A stretch of DNA of 64,000 nucleotides from Ignavibacteriales bacterium (GCA_026390585.1 JAPLFP010000201.1:1247-65246), one strand, 5' to 3'; counted from the first letter of the stretch, positions 36,963-46,812 are shown. The notes: generated from the letters alone by a model not told the origin. Numbers and translations are program-made.

Positions 36963-38597
36963 CTAATCCATATCGCTGATCTGGAATTCCTTGTCCGTCG
37001 GTCGGATGGCATCGTGCATTCGTCGCAGGGCGAAGTAGGCATCCTGGCTTCCACGTTGAGCGGAGCTGCGATACAGACGGACCGCTTCCGAAGTCTTCTT
37101 GATCACGCCGATACCTGTTTCATAGCAATACCCCAGAGCAACCTGCGCCAGGACAGAACCTTTTTGCGATGCCTGCTCCAGTTCTGCAATTGCGGCGCTA
37201 AGTTTTTTAGGATCTTTCTCGGTTCGTACAGCCAACGTAGCAATTCTGATGTTTGCTTCGTGGCTGCCCAACTTTCCTGCCCGGGTCCAGAGCGCCAGTG
37301 CTTCACGACGATCCTCCTGTACCCAGCGTCCGGAGTAGTAGCAGAGGCCAAGTTCGATCAGGCCCTGGACATGATTCGCCGCCGACGCTTTGATGAGAAA
37401 CTCCAACGCCTGCTTCTCCGTGATGAATCCTTCTTTCTGCGTCATAAGATAGTCGATTTTGAGCGCTGAGAGCGCAGCCCACGCAACTTCTGCTTCGGTG
37501 TCGTGGCGAGCGGTGCGGGATTTCAATTCCTCGAAAAACCCTGGCTGCTCCATCAACCGGGCAAGGAGCCGCGGTGCTCGCGGTGATGACATTCGGCTGG
37601 CCCGGATGTAGTACATCGCGGCAGTCACCAGATCTTTGCTCACTCCAATGCCGCGTTCATAGCTGCGGGCAAGGATCGTCAGCGCCTCCGGGCTACCTTC
37701 TTCTGAAGCCTCACGAATCACTCTCATGCCAGCGGTATCGAGCTCTAGAGTTTTCGTTTGTTCCTTCGTCAAACCGAGAGCACGCTTCAGTTGCGGAGCA
37801 GCTTCGCGGAGCGCATCTTTGAGAAGCGTCGCGTCGGATGTTGTCGTCGTGTCTGCCGGCCCGGCATCGAAGAAGACAAAACCGAGGGTCTGCTTCACAG
37901 CCGACTTTTTGGAAGAACTTGTATCGGTCTGAGCCTTCTGTTCCTTTGGTGTCACGCCAAGTCCGCGTGCCTCAAAGTCCGCGAGGGCTTCCTTTGCGGG
38001 AGCGTACCCAGCGTCAACTGCTTTCTTGATCCACTTATATGCTTCTTCCCAGTTACGGGGAACGACGAGGTTTTCGGTGAGGAACATGCTCAGGATGTAC
38101 TGGGACTCACCCATTCCGTGCTGGGCTGCGGCGAGAAAGAGCTTATAGGCATCAAAGGGATTCCACGGAATGCCCCACCCATTGAATTCAATGATGCCAA
38201 GATTGTATTGAGCGTCAGCGGAATTCTGTTCGGCCGCACGCCTGATCCAAAATGCACCTTTGAGCGTGTCGGCCTCGACACCTTCGCCGAGGAGATACCG
38301 AAGACCGAGTTCATGTTGAGCCCCAACGTCCCCTGCATATGCTTTTCGCTCGAGGCTGAAGATATGCATCAGGTTGTAATCAATGTCGGATCGCTTCAAC
38401 TGAGCAGAAGGGGAAGGAGGACGGTAGCTCTTGTAGACGGGGCTGTCCGATTGTTGCTGTGCCAGTAATGTAATCGGAACCGCCACAAGAAAAGGAACAA
38501 GAAACACACCGAGTCTGAATTGAATAGATCGAACCCGATGCAAAACCAATGGGCAAGTGGACAGGAATGATGAGGGGGAAGGCGATTCAGCTGTCAC
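36963..38597 (-). CDS. Sel1-repeat (TPR-like) protein
   Basis: Many Sel1 units, for example GDVGAQHELGLRYLLGEGVEAD, NSADAQYNLGIIEFNGWGIPWN, GMGESQYILSMFL, GSVLAQVALGYCYETGIGV. GTG start shares one base with the upstream TAG. Confidence 0.85.
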   Translation of the reverse strand: MTAESPSPSSFLSTCPLVLHRVRSIQFRLGVFLVPFLVAVPITLLAQQQSDSPVYKSYRPPSPSAQLKRSDIDYNLMHIFSLERKAYAGDVGAQHELGLRYLLGEGVEADTLKGAFWIRRAAEQNSADAQYNLGIIEFNGWGIPWNPFDAYKLFLAAAQHGMGESQYILSMFLTENLVVPRNWEEAYKWIKKAVDAGYAPAKEALADFEARGLGVTPKEQKAQTDTSSSKKSAVKQTLGFVFFDAGPADTTTTSDATLLKDALREAAPQLKRALGLTKEQTKTLELDTAGMRVIREASEEGSPEALTILARSYERGIGVSKDLVTAAMYYIRASRMSSPRAPRLLARLMEQPGFFEELKSRTARHDTEAEVAWAALSALKIDYLMTQKEGFITEKQALEFLIKASAANHVQGLIELGLCYYSGRWVQEDRREALALWTRAGKLGSHEANIRIATLAVRTEKDPKKLSAAIAELEQASQKGSVLAQVALGYCYETGIGVIKKTSEAVRLYRSSAQRGSQDAYFALRRMHDAIRPTDKEFQISDMD

Positions 38598-39292
38598 TAG
38601 ATCGGTTCCATCAGGAGCTGTGAGTTTCCGGTCAGGTCTGTGACCTGTCTCAGGATACCTCGATTCACTTTCTCAATCCACATCGTCGTCTTTGTACCGT
38701 TGATCTTCGTCTCGACGACCCACGCATCGGGTTGGCCGGAGAGTTTCTCGTCGCGGAGAACATTGACCGTGACGCTCGATTCACCCTTGACATCATTCAG
38801 ATAGACCGGCATGGTTTCCTGGTATCCAGTATGGAGCAACGCTCCGCGGACCAAGAGATCATAGAATCCGGAATAGAACACAGGTTTGCTGAGCGGTACA
38901 TCGACACTTGCTGAACTATCCTTTCCGCTAACCCGGGAACCCGTGAAACTCAGTTGGACTGCTTTTTTGGCTTTCACCCCGGAATAGTATATCGGCGCGT
39001 ACGTGCTCGCGTCTGCAATGGAAGTGTCGATCAGCGAACCATCACTGTACGACTGAACGCGGATGATCACTTTCTTTCCGTTCAAAGTCGTCGTTCGGAG
39101 CTCATCTTTCATCTGGGCAAACGATGGCATTGTGCGCCCCGCAACGATGAGGGAGAGCTTGTAGTTCACCGAAAACGACGTAAAAATGACATTGTTGACG
39201 TACTTTGAGCCGGGGTAGATACGCTGAGCCTCCGCCGTGGTTCCGGCGAGCAAGACGGTCACGACCAAAAACAGTTTTGTTGACATACGCAT
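38597..39292 (-). CDS. Secreted hypothetical protein
   Basis: Signal peptide MRMSTKLFLVVTVLLAGTTAEAQ; beta-rich; no motif recognised. Confidence 0.55.
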   Translation of the reverse strand: MRMSTKLFLVVTVLLAGTTAEAQRIYPGSKYVNNVIFTSFSVNYKLSLIVAGRTMPSFAQMKDELRTTTLNGKKVIIRVQSYSDGSLIDTSIADASTYAPIYYSGVKAKKAVQLSFTGSRVSGKDSSASVDVPLSKPVFYSGFYDLLVRGALLHTGYQETMPVYLNDVKGESSVTVNVLRDEKLSGQPDAWVVETKINGTKTTMWIEKVNRGILRQVTDLTGNSQLLMEPI

Positions 39293-39517
39293 GAGATCTC
39301 CCTCGATAAATGGTCAACTATCACAAGATATTGTTCTTCGGGTCAAGTTTCAAGGATCAAGGTCACATCGAGGACGACGCACTCCTTACTTAGATGTCTT
39401 CGAAGGACAAATAGTTCCTGCATTCCGCACGAGGGCACCAACTTATACGGATTCTCTGATCTGCTTCGCTCGATCATAAAGTACGAACCAGAGCTGGGTG
39501 CAATGAGGAGTGGGCCG

Positions 39518-40177
39518 CTATGAATGTGCAGCAGAGACCTGGGAAAAAAAGGCAGCGAGCTTTGCTTCGTCGAGACTGCCATTGGTACGCACGCCACTGC
39601 ACAGGTCAACAGCGTACGGTCGAACGAATCGAATGGCTTCAGCAACATTCTCAGGTCGGAGACCCCCAGCGAGATAGACGGGGACGGTCACCTGTTCGCG
39701 AATCGCTCTGCTCAGTTTCCAATCATGAACGCGGCCCGTACCGCCGAGTTCTTTCACTGGAAGTTTGGGATTGCCGGAATCGAGCAGAATCGCGTCAACG
39801 AAAGGAGCAACAACATTGGCTTCCTCTACCGACTCCTGGCCTGTGACGTGTATGACTTGGACGACAGTGATGCCAGGAAGTGCAGCACGCAGTGCGGGGT
39901 ACACACTCAACGGAACGGTGTTGACAAGCTGAAGCGTGTTCGCTTTGGTTTTTTGCTGTTGCTTGATAATGGCAGCGTCGTCGCGCTGGCTGGTTAACAA
40001 GAATGTCGCAATGCCGGAAGGAATAAACGGGATGATCGCTGCAATCTGATTTTCGGAGATGGGGCCTGGTCCACTGGGCATCGTGGATACAAATCCGAGC
40101 GCAGAAGCACCGTAGCGAAGTGCCAGCCGGGCTTCCTCTCTGCTCTTGATGCAACAGATCTTTACTCTTGTCGTCAC
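39518..40177 (-). CDS. trpF: Phosphoribosylanthranilate isomerase
   Basis: VKICCIKSREEARLALRYGASALGFV ... VQVIHV ... ILLDSG ... GGTGRVHDW ... LAGGLRPENV. Confidence 0.85.
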   Translation of the reverse strand: MTTRVKICCIKSREEARLALRYGASALGFVSTMPSGPGPISENQIAAIIPFIPSGIATFLLTSQRDDAAIIKQQQKTKANTLQLVNTVPLSVYPALRAALPGITVVQVIHVTGQESVEEANVVAPFVDAILLDSGNPKLPVKELGGTGRVHDWKLSRAIREQVTVPVYLAGGLRPENVAEAIRFVRPYAVDLCSGVRTNGSLDEAKLAAFFSQVSAAHS

Positions 40178-40237
40178 CGTCTAATGTCTTTCGTCTAACG
40201 TCTATCGTCTCTCATTTCTCGTTTTCCGTCTCCCGCT
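40175..40237. repeat. Tandem heptamer array (about 9 units, NNCGTCT-like)
   Basis: ACCGTCT AATGTCT TTCGTCT AACGTCT ATCGTCT CTCATTT CTCGTTT TCCGTCT CCCGCTT. It spans the trpF start, the 34-nt spacer and the last codons of the EamA gene. Confidence 0.65.
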
Positions 40238-41180
40238 TCCTTTCTTCCTTCCACTCTTTCAATGTCTCCAATACCTGTGAGCTCTTCTTCGTGCCGAGCG
40301 TTGTAATGGCAGCCACTGCAGCGATGATGAGAGCGGCAGCGATCAGCACTCGTCCGCTCAACGTTTCGCCAGCAACAAGCCAGCCAATGATGACCGCCAC
40401 AATGGGATTCACGTACGCATAGGTTGAAGCCCGAGCTGGAGTCGTTGAGCGGAGCAACCAAACATATGATGAGAACCCGATGATTGATCCGAAAACGATC
40501 AGATAGCCGACTGCTAACAACGATCGGGTCGTGATATCTGCGGGATGGAACAAGCTCCATTCCCCGATGACAGCGCTGACGACCAGCAAACCCACTCCGC
40601 CAATCAGCATCTCCATGCCGTTCGCGAGCGCGGGTGAGGAAGGGAGTTTTGCTCGCCGGGAATAGAGGGATCCGACCGCCCAACAAATGGAAGATCCCAG
40701 CAGCACAAGCGCCCCAAGGATGTTGATGCTCATCCCGCCGACAAGATTTGCCGGATCGATCAAGACAACGACGCCGAACGTGCCAAGAAACAAGCCGAGG
40801 AAGACACCGGCAGTGGGTTTGACGCCCCCCTGCATCCACTCCAGGAGAATGAACCACAGCGGGCTGACCGCGACAAGCAAAGCTGCAACGCCCGACGGAA
40901 TGAGCTGCTCGGACCAGCTGAGACCGCCATTGCCGACGAGCAAGAGCATGAGTCCGATAATCGCGGTCGATTTCCAGTGGGCGAAGGTTGGTCGCTCGTG
41001 TCCGCGAAACACACCCCAAAGATACAACAAACTGCCCGCAATGATGAACCGGATGCCCGCCATCAACAAAGGCGGAATTGTCTCAATGGCGAAGCGGATG
41101 CCGAGATACGTCGAGCCCCAGATGAGATACACTGATGCGAACGCTGCGAGGAGCTTCATCTGTGAAGGGGGTGGTTGCAT
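40212..41180 (-). CDS. EamA/DMT-family transporter
   Basis: Ten hydrophobic segments in two EamA halves; FASVYLIWGSTYLGIRF near the N-terminus. Confidence 0.85.
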   Translation of the reverse strand: MQPPPSQMKLLAAFASVYLIWGSTYLGIRFAIETIPPLLMAGIRFIIAGSLLYLWGVFRGHERPTFAHWKSTAIIGLMLLLVGNGGLSWSEQLIPSGVAALLVAVSPLWFILLEWMQGGVKPTAGVFLGLFLGTFGVVVLIDPANLVGGMSINILGALVLLGSSICWAVGSLYSRRAKLPSSPALANGMEMLIGGVGLLVVSAVIGEWSLFHPADITTRSLLAVGYLIVFGSIIGFSSYVWLLRSTTPARASTYAYVNPIVAVIIGWLVAGETLSGRVLIAAALIIAAVAAITTLGTKKSSQVLETLKEWKEERKRETENEK

Positions 41181-41247
41181 GTGCTAGTGCCACTTATAGT
41201 AAGAGATCTTGTGGTGCTGCCGTGTCTTCGGCCTATTGAGAAAGGCA

Positions 41248-41538
41248 CTATCGACGGGTGGAGGAGCGATCTTTCCAATTCCACCACTTCAGCAGTTCGG
41301 GGGCGTGGCGGGTGTGGGAAGCATAATAGACTGCTCCGCGGAATACATAGAGCAGACAAGGGTCGATTCGCGTGCCGACCTGAGTACAACGTTTCTCATA
41401 GAGTTTCTCGGGATCTCTTCCTTTGAGATCAGCCATGCGATGAATCCCCAACTCCCAAAGGTCCTGGGCGATGCTCTTTCCGACGCCCGGAATCTCCTGT
41501 AGCTGCTTGAGTGCAAGCCGCTTCATTTCTTCGTTCAT
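41248..41538 (-). CDS. Helix-hairpin-helix domain protein (Cdd1 / pathogenicity-locus family)
   Basis: LQEIPGVGKSIAQDLWELGI...DLKGRDPEKLYE...DPCLLYVFRGAVYYA...LLKWWNWK. Confidence 0.65.
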   Translation of the reverse strand: MNEEMKRLALKQLQEIPGVGKSIAQDLWELGIHRMADLKGRDPEKLYEKRCTQVGTRIDPCLLYVFRGAVYYASHTRHAPELLKWWNWKDRSSTRR

Positions 41539-41560
41539 TCAAATCTCCTTTCGAGAACTT

Positions 41561-42736
41561 CTACTTTTTCAAAAGAAGCGTATCGATCGGAATTCCTTTG
41601 TCATTGTAGACCATCATGTTGAAAGAAGTCGGAGTCACATCAATGATGCCATAGCTGTAATCATGGGCAGCTTTTACAACGTACGGAGCACCGCCAAGAT
41701 CATAGAGGGGCGCGCCGGCGGACCCCAACACCATGTGATGAATACCCTTAACCAGATTGTGTTGAAAGAAATGAGAGTGTCCGTTCATGATAACATCGAC
41801 GTGGTTCGGCTCAAAGATCTTTTCCGACATCGTTATCATCTTGCTGTCCTCACCGTGCCCGCCGGCGCAGTAAGCCGGTCTATGATACATGACAATCTTC
41901 CATCGCTTTGATGCGGACGACAAATCGCTCCGAGCATAGAGGTATTGCGGACTTCCCTCACTGTAATCGACCTCATTGTTCAGGACGAGAACGTGCATGT
42001 CTCCGTAGTCGAATGAATAGTATTCCTGGGTGCCTGACGGAGATGCCGGAGCCTGTGTGAACGCCTTGGTGTTGGGCGACCATTTCTCGTGGTTGCCAGA
42101 CGTGTTGAAGAACGGAACGCGCTCGATCAAAGCGCGTTCATTCGGGCGAAAGAACTGGTCCTTGAATGCGGAGTAGCTTGAGTTGATGCAAAGATCGCCA
42201 CCATAAAGAGACATGACGGGATTCGCGTCAGCGATGCGTTTTGAGATGGCATCATGGATTTCACCCCCCCAACTACGAGTGGCCATCCACGCGAAGAGAA
42301 AACCGGTTCCCGGAATGGATACGGTCATAAAGTTCGGATACTTGGCCAAACGACAATCGGCCATCCAGGCAAAACGAAAACTGGTCCCCGGATTTGGTGC
42401 AGTCCGGAAGTTTGCATCCTCCGAAGTTGCACCTGCGAGCACGGCCCGGTAGTGGTACACGGTGTTGGGAGAGAGCCCGCCGAGTTTTACGTTGTGGACG
42501 AAGGTGTGCTCTGTCGTCTGCTCGATCGACTCGGTTCTCGCCCGAGAACCATAGGAGGTTGTCACCCCATATTCGACAGAAAGGGTGTCGGCTGAAGAGC
42601 TCTCGACAAGAATATAGATGCTTTTTGTCGTCACGGCCTGCAAATACGGCGTCATGACCAACGTGTGTGACTGGGCAAATACGGAGGCAAGTACCGCGGT
42701 AGACATGAGAAAGGAAAGAACCAATACTCTGCGCAT
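41561..42736 (-). CDS. Purple-acid-phosphatase-like metallophosphoesterase with an internal 26-aa duplication
   Basis: Signal peptide; N-terminal PAP FN3-like domain (YHYRA); GGDLCIN, TSGNHEKW and GHSHFF metallophosphoesterase blocks. PGTSFRFAWMAD is repeated as PGTGFLFAWMAT. Confidence 0.8.
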   Translation of the reverse strand: MRRVLVLSFLMSTAVLASVFAQSHTLVMTPYLQAVTTKSIYILVESSSADTLSVEYGVTTSYGSRARTESIEQTTEHTFVHNVKLGGLSPNTVYHYRAVLAGATSEDANFRTAPNPGTSFRFAWMADCRLAKYPNFMTVSIPGTGFLFAWMATRSWGGEIHDAISKRIADANPVMSLYGGDLCINSSYSAFKDQFFRPNERALIERVPFFNTSGNHEKWSPNTKAFTQAPASPSGTQEYYSFDYGDMHVLVLNNEVDYSEGSPQYLYARSDLSSASKRWKIVMYHRPAYCAGGHGEDSKMITMSEKIFEPNHVDVIMNGHSHFFQHNLVKGIHHMVLGSAGAPLYDLGGAPYVVKAAHDYSYGIIDVTPTSFNMMVYNDKGIPIDTLLLKK

Positions 42737-42767
42737 GATGTACCTTCTATCAGTGAAAAGAAACCTG

Positions 42768-43340
42768 TTAGCGTGAGAGTTGCGTGCGGCGAAAACAAGG
42801 GGTGATGTGGTCGTTCACCATTCCCACAGCCTGCATGAATGCATAACAAATGGTGGATCCCACAAATCGAAAACCGCGGAGCTTCAGATCTTTGCTCATG
42901 GCATCGGATTCAGGAGTCTTTGGAGGGATATCTTTCAATGACCCCCTTCGATTTGTTCTTGGCTTGCCGCCTATGAATTGCCAAATATACGAATCAAAGC
43001 TGCCAAATTCCCTCTGAATCTCGAGAAATGCCTTCGCGTTGCTGATCGTCGCCTCGATCTTGAGGCGATTGCGAACAATTCCAGCGTTCGTAAGCAACTC
43101 GCGTTTCTTCCGTGCGTCGTAGCCCGCAATTTTTCTGGCGTCGAACCGATCGAATGCCTTTCGATAGTTCTCCCGTTTCTTCAGAATGGTGATCCAACTC
43201 AATCCTGCCTGAGCTCCCTCAAGGATCAACATTTCAAAAAGCTCACGGTCATCATGAACAGGAACGCCCCATTCCTCATCATGGTACTGAGTGTAGAGCG
43301 GATCGGAAACTGACCAGCCACATCGTATCAACTTCTTCAT
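42768..43340 (-). CDS. tag: DNA-3-methyladenine glycosylase I
   Basis: RCGWSVSDPLYTQYHDEEWGVPVHDDRELFEMLILEGAQAGLSWITILKKRENYRKAF. Confidence 0.9.
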   Translation of the reverse strand: MKKLIRCGWSVSDPLYTQYHDEEWGVPVHDDRELFEMLILEGAQAGLSWITILKKRENYRKAFDRFDARKIAGYDARKKRELLTNAGIVRNRLKIEATISNAKAFLEIQREFGSFDSYIWQFIGGKPRTNRRGSLKDIPPKTPESDAMSKDLKLRGFRFVGSTICYAFMQAVGMVNDHITPCFRRTQLSR

Positions 43341-43984
43341 ACGAGGCTGTCGTGATCGTTTTCTGGAGGGGGTTGGCCTTCCGGAGGCAGGAATGTTTTT
43401 GTCCGGGCGTGCAGTCCGGGCGGCATGGGTCTTGGTGGGGGAGCAGGCCAGAACAATTCACGTACGTCGTGAATGATGAAGTAAATCGTCATGCCGATTG
43501 CTGTGAGAAAACAGAGGACTCCAAAGACTACGACAACCGAAGCGATGTCTCCCGCCGAATCGATGTTTCCCATTTGTGTGCACAGCCATCGCCAGTCGTG
43601 TAACGCGTGCCTTGAGATGAGCGTCAGTTGTGTTTTCGGTGCATCATCAATGTAGACGGAGACGTTCATCATGTTGTGGCCGAGCCAATACGGTGTGAGC
43701 ATGAGCGAGCGAAGTCCGCTAGTTCTCAGGAAGACAAGGATGGTTGCCGTCGGCAGGATGAATTGCATGAGTGAGCCGCCAAGGAAGTAAATGAACTGAC
43801 CGAAAACCCGGAAGACACCGTGCCCGCCTTCGTGTATGAACAGATCAATCATGTCGAGAAGCCGTACAAAGATCGGCATCTCAAATCGTCCATGAGGCGT
43901 CAGATAGTCAGTCGACATGTAAAGAGAATAGTAGCAGAGTACGAAAAGGAGAAAGCATTCCAGAGCAATCAGGGCTTTTTTCAT
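43337..43984 (-). CDS. Polytopic membrane protein with an HExxH motif (putative intramembrane metalloprotease-like)
   Basis: LFIHEGGHGVFRVFG lies within or next to a hydrophobic segment, with 5-6 TM segments in total. ATGA overlap with tag. The track ORF begins at TTG 44029; ATG 43984 (MKKALIALECF) is preferred. Confidence 0.5.
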   Translation of the reverse strand: MKKALIALECFLLFVLCYYSLYMSTDYLTPHGRFEMPIFVRLLDMIDLFIHEGGHGVFRVFGQFIYFLGGSLMQFILPTATILVFLRTSGLRSLMLTPYWLGHNMMNVSVYIDDAPKTQLTLISRHALHDWRWLCTQMGNIDSAGDIASVVVVFGVLCFLTAIGMTIYFIIHDVRELFWPAPPPRPMPPGLHARTKTFLPPEGQPPPENDHDSLV

Positions 43985-44187
43985 ATGAGGCGCTTTTTCG
44001 TTGCGGATTTTGCTCGAGAACAGTGACAAATAATGCTGAGAATGTAGAGAACAATGGAGAGTAAGTCAATTCGCATGTGTGGGAATGGCAACTTTCTGAG
44101 AATTCCGACATCTCTCTGGTAGCAGGTTGACCGTGATACTGGAAGTGTTAACTTAGTCAGACCGGAACAATCGAAGAACCGAGCATC

Positions 44188-44745
44188 GTGCAGACTCTCA
44201 CGGACGAACAACTCGTAGAACGTATCAAGGTCGATGAAGTGCGCGGATTTGCGCACCTGTATCATCGGTACAAGCATCGTGTTTATGCGTACTGCTACAG
44301 GCTTTTGCGTCACCCTCAGAATGCCGAGGATGCGACACAGGAAACGTTCCTCAAGATCCATCGGTCGTTTCAGCAGCTTGAAAATCCGGCATCTCTGCAA
44401 ACCTGGATCTTCTCTATTGCGCGCAATGAAGCATTTACAATTCTTCGCCGGGTGAAACCGGTGGAAGAGCTCGAGAAAGCGGAGAACGAAGTCTGGGAGG
44501 AAGAGGGTCCGCTGGAACGGATTGTCGAGCGGGAGAGAGCGGAGGTTGTCCAACGCTGTCTGAGTCTTCTGAAACCCGCTTATCGTGAGGTGTTGATCCT
44601 CAGAGAGTACGAACACCTCTCGTATTCTGAGATTGCGAGAGTCACGGGTGCAAGTGAAAGTGCCGTAAAATCGGCTCTTTTCAAGGCGAGAAAAGCGATG
44701 GGGGTGAAATTGGATTCAATGATGAATGAAAGGGATGAGCGATGA
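44188..44745 (+). CDS. ECF-type RNA polymerase sigma factor (cassette 1)
   Basis: Region 2: EDATQETFLKIH, WIFSIARNEAF. Region 4: YREVLILREYEHLSYSEIARVTGASESAVKSALFKARKAM. GTG start. Confidence 0.9.
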   Translation: MQTLTDEQLVERIKVDEVRGFAHLYHRYKHRVYAYCYRLLRHPQNAEDATQETFLKIHRSFQQLENPASLQTWIFSIARNEAFTILRRVKPVEELEKAENEVWEEEGPLERIVERERAEVVQRCLSLLKPAYREVLILREYEHLSYSEIARVTGASESAVKSALFKARKAMGVKLDSMMNERDER

Positions 44746-45158
44746 CGTGCGAAACGTATGAAGAGCAGATAAGCGCTTTGATCGATCATGAGCTCAAGGA
44801 TGAAGAGACGGAAGTGCTTTTCGCGCATCTGAGCACATGCCGACGATGCAGGCACTCTCTGCAATCCGTCTTGGATTTGCGATCTGACTTCGGCGAACAA
44901 GTTCCGCCGATGGCACCGAAGGAGCTGGATGAGAAGGTGCTGCAGAGCGAAACGAGGCCAAAGCTGTATGCTGGCGATCGCAAGCCGATGACACTCCAGG
45001 TGTGGAAGCGAAGGATTTCAATTCCAATGCCGGTCGCGGCCGCCATGGCTATAGTTCTCGTCGCTGGTACCATCGTGTTGACGTCATTGTGGACGAGTCC
45101 GCAGACGATCTATGTGACAACACTGCCGACAGTGGAAGTCAGGGGAAACTTCCCTTAG
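44742..45158 (+). CDS. Anti-sigma factor (zf-HC2 type), single TM, very short ectodomain
   Basis: H-x3-C-x2-C: FAHLSTCRRCRHSL; TM PVAAAMAIVLVAGTIVLTSLW; only about 25 residues after the TM. Start overlaps the sigma stop. Confidence 0.85.
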   Translation: MTCETYEEQISALIDHELKDEETEVLFAHLSTCRRCRHSLQSVLDLRSDFGEQVPPMAPKELDEKVLQSETRPKLYAGDRKPMTLQVWKRRISIPMPVAAAMAIVLVAGTIVLTSLWTSPQTIYVTTLPTVEVRGNFP

Positions 45159-45189
45159 CCAAGCACACAAATTCATTAAGGAGGAACGT

Positions 45190-46137
45190 ATGAAACGATA
45201 TATTCCAGTAATCACAACTATAGCCTTGCTGTTGATCCCGGTTCTCATCTTTACTCAGGAGTCAACAAAGTCGCCCGGTCGGGAGACGCAAAAGATCACC
45301 ATTGTCTCAAGCCGAGGCGACACTGTGGTGCCGCGCGAGATTGAGCTCTCTTCATTGAAACCGTCGCAAAAAGTCAAAGTGTTTTCAAAGCAGGGAGACT
45401 CGATGGTCTTGGGTGAGATAGAAGTTGTCGCGAACTCACCCAGTGTTCAGGACAAGCAATCTAAGAAAGAACCACCTCAGGATTATGTCCCTTACGACAA
45501 AGCTCCCGAGGCGACAAAGCAAGTGCAGCCCAAATACCCTGACGCTGCTCTCAAAGACAGCGCCGAAGGAACAGTGTGGACGAAGGTTTGGATAGACGAA
45601 TCGGGAAATGTCGCGAAGGCGGAGCTCCAAAAGAGCGATGCTATAATTTTCAACCAAGCCGCGCTTGACGCAGTAAAGCAATGGACGTTCAAGCCCGCAA
45701 TGAAGGACGGTAAGGCAATCGCGACATGGGTATCAATTCCATTCCGCTTCAAGATTTCGAAAAGTGGCGAACTTACTGACTACTCGCGGCTGGGAATATC
45801 TCCACTCATCGTGTCTGTAGGACCGCGCACAGGGTACCGCGTGGTGCACCAGCACCCCTATCTCATCGGGCAATCTCCGACCGTATCAAATGACTGGTAT
45901 CCCGAATCCGCGCTGAAGGACAAATTCGAAGGCATTGTGATTCTAAAGCTGAGCGTGAATCTGTATGGAAGAGTAGAACGGGTCGAGATTGAAAGCCACG
46001 CACGTGAGGATTTGGACAGTGCTGCCGTTCAGTTAGCCCGAACGTGGACATTCACACCGGGACAAGCCTACGGAATGCCGGAGAAGACAGTGATACGTGT
46101 ACCCATCGCCTTCTCTTTGGGTCGGCCGCAGAAGTAG
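45190..46137 (+). CDS. Protein with two TonB C-terminal-type domains
   Basis: N-terminal TM/signal. First TonB_C domain: VQPKYPDAALKDSAEGTVWTKVWIDESGNV...WTFKPAMKDGKAI..WVSIPFRF. Second: YPESALKDKFEGIVILKLSVNLYGRV...WTFTPG. Confidence 0.8.
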   Translation: MKRYIPVITTIALLLIPVLIFTQESTKSPGRETQKITIVSSRGDTVVPREIELSSLKPSQKVKVFSKQGDSMVLGEIEVVANSPSVQDKQSKKEPPQDYVPYDKAPEATKQVQPKYPDAALKDSAEGTVWTKVWIDESGNVAKAELQKSDAIIFNQAALDAVKQWTFKPAMKDGKAIATWVSIPFRFKISKSGELTDYSRLGISPLIVSVGPRTGYRVVHQHPYLIGQSPTVSNDWYPESALKDKFEGIVILKLSVNLYGRVERVEIESHAREDLDSAAVQLARTWTFTPGQAYGMPEKTVIRVPIAFSLGRPQK

Positions 46138-46171
46138 AAGGCATAAAGAAAGTTTCCGCGGTTACTTGAAA

Positions 46172-46210
46172 ACCCGCCGGTCTTTCACGCCGGCGGGTTT
46201 CGTGTTTTTC
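46172..46210 (+). terminator. Intrinsic terminator after the TonB_C gene
   Basis: ACCCGCCGG-(9 nt)-CCGGCGGGT followed by TTCGTGTTTTT. Confidence 0.7.
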
Positions 46211-46287
46211 CCCCTTTGAGTGTCACCCTGGCAGGTACGTAAGCTTTCAGGAGGGCGCCCCCTTTCAAATTCCCCACATTCTCACTC

Positions 46288-46315
46288 TTGACAATCTCGT
46301 GATTTTCTTTATATT
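46288..46315 (+). promoter_or_regulatory. Sigma-70-like promoter candidate for glnB-amtB
   Basis: TTGACA (46288-46293), a 16-nt spacer, then TATATT (46310-46315), about 80 nt upstream of the glnB ATG. Confidence 0.4.
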
Positions 46316-46372
46316 GTTAGGTGATGTCAGTGCTAGCCTTACTTTATTCTGTATTCATCACGTTATAGCTAA

Positions 46373-46732
<360 letters not shown>

Positions 46733-46737
46733 AAAGG

Positions 46738-46812
46738 CAGAATACAGAATACAGAGCCTTGCCCTCGCCGTTCTGACTCCTGACTTCTAACTTCTAACTC
46801 CTGTCTTCCTTC
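46738..46812. repeat. Tandem heptamer words in the glnB-amtB spacer
   Basis: CAGAATA CAGAATA CAGAG, about 16 nt, then CTGACTC CTGACTT CTAACTT CTAACTC CTGTCTT. Confidence 0.6.

Noticed and set aside
40195-41019. 274-aa Arg/Cys-rich minus-strand ORF
   Set aside because: It is an alternative frame of the EamA transporter gene. The EamA frame gives ten clean TM helices and this frame gives none.
46229-46244. Sigma-54-like TGGCAG-N-AAGC motif upstream of glnB
   Set aside because: The GG-to-GC spacing is one nt too long and the -12 TTGC element is missing. A good sigma-70-type -35/-10 lies 45 nt downstream.
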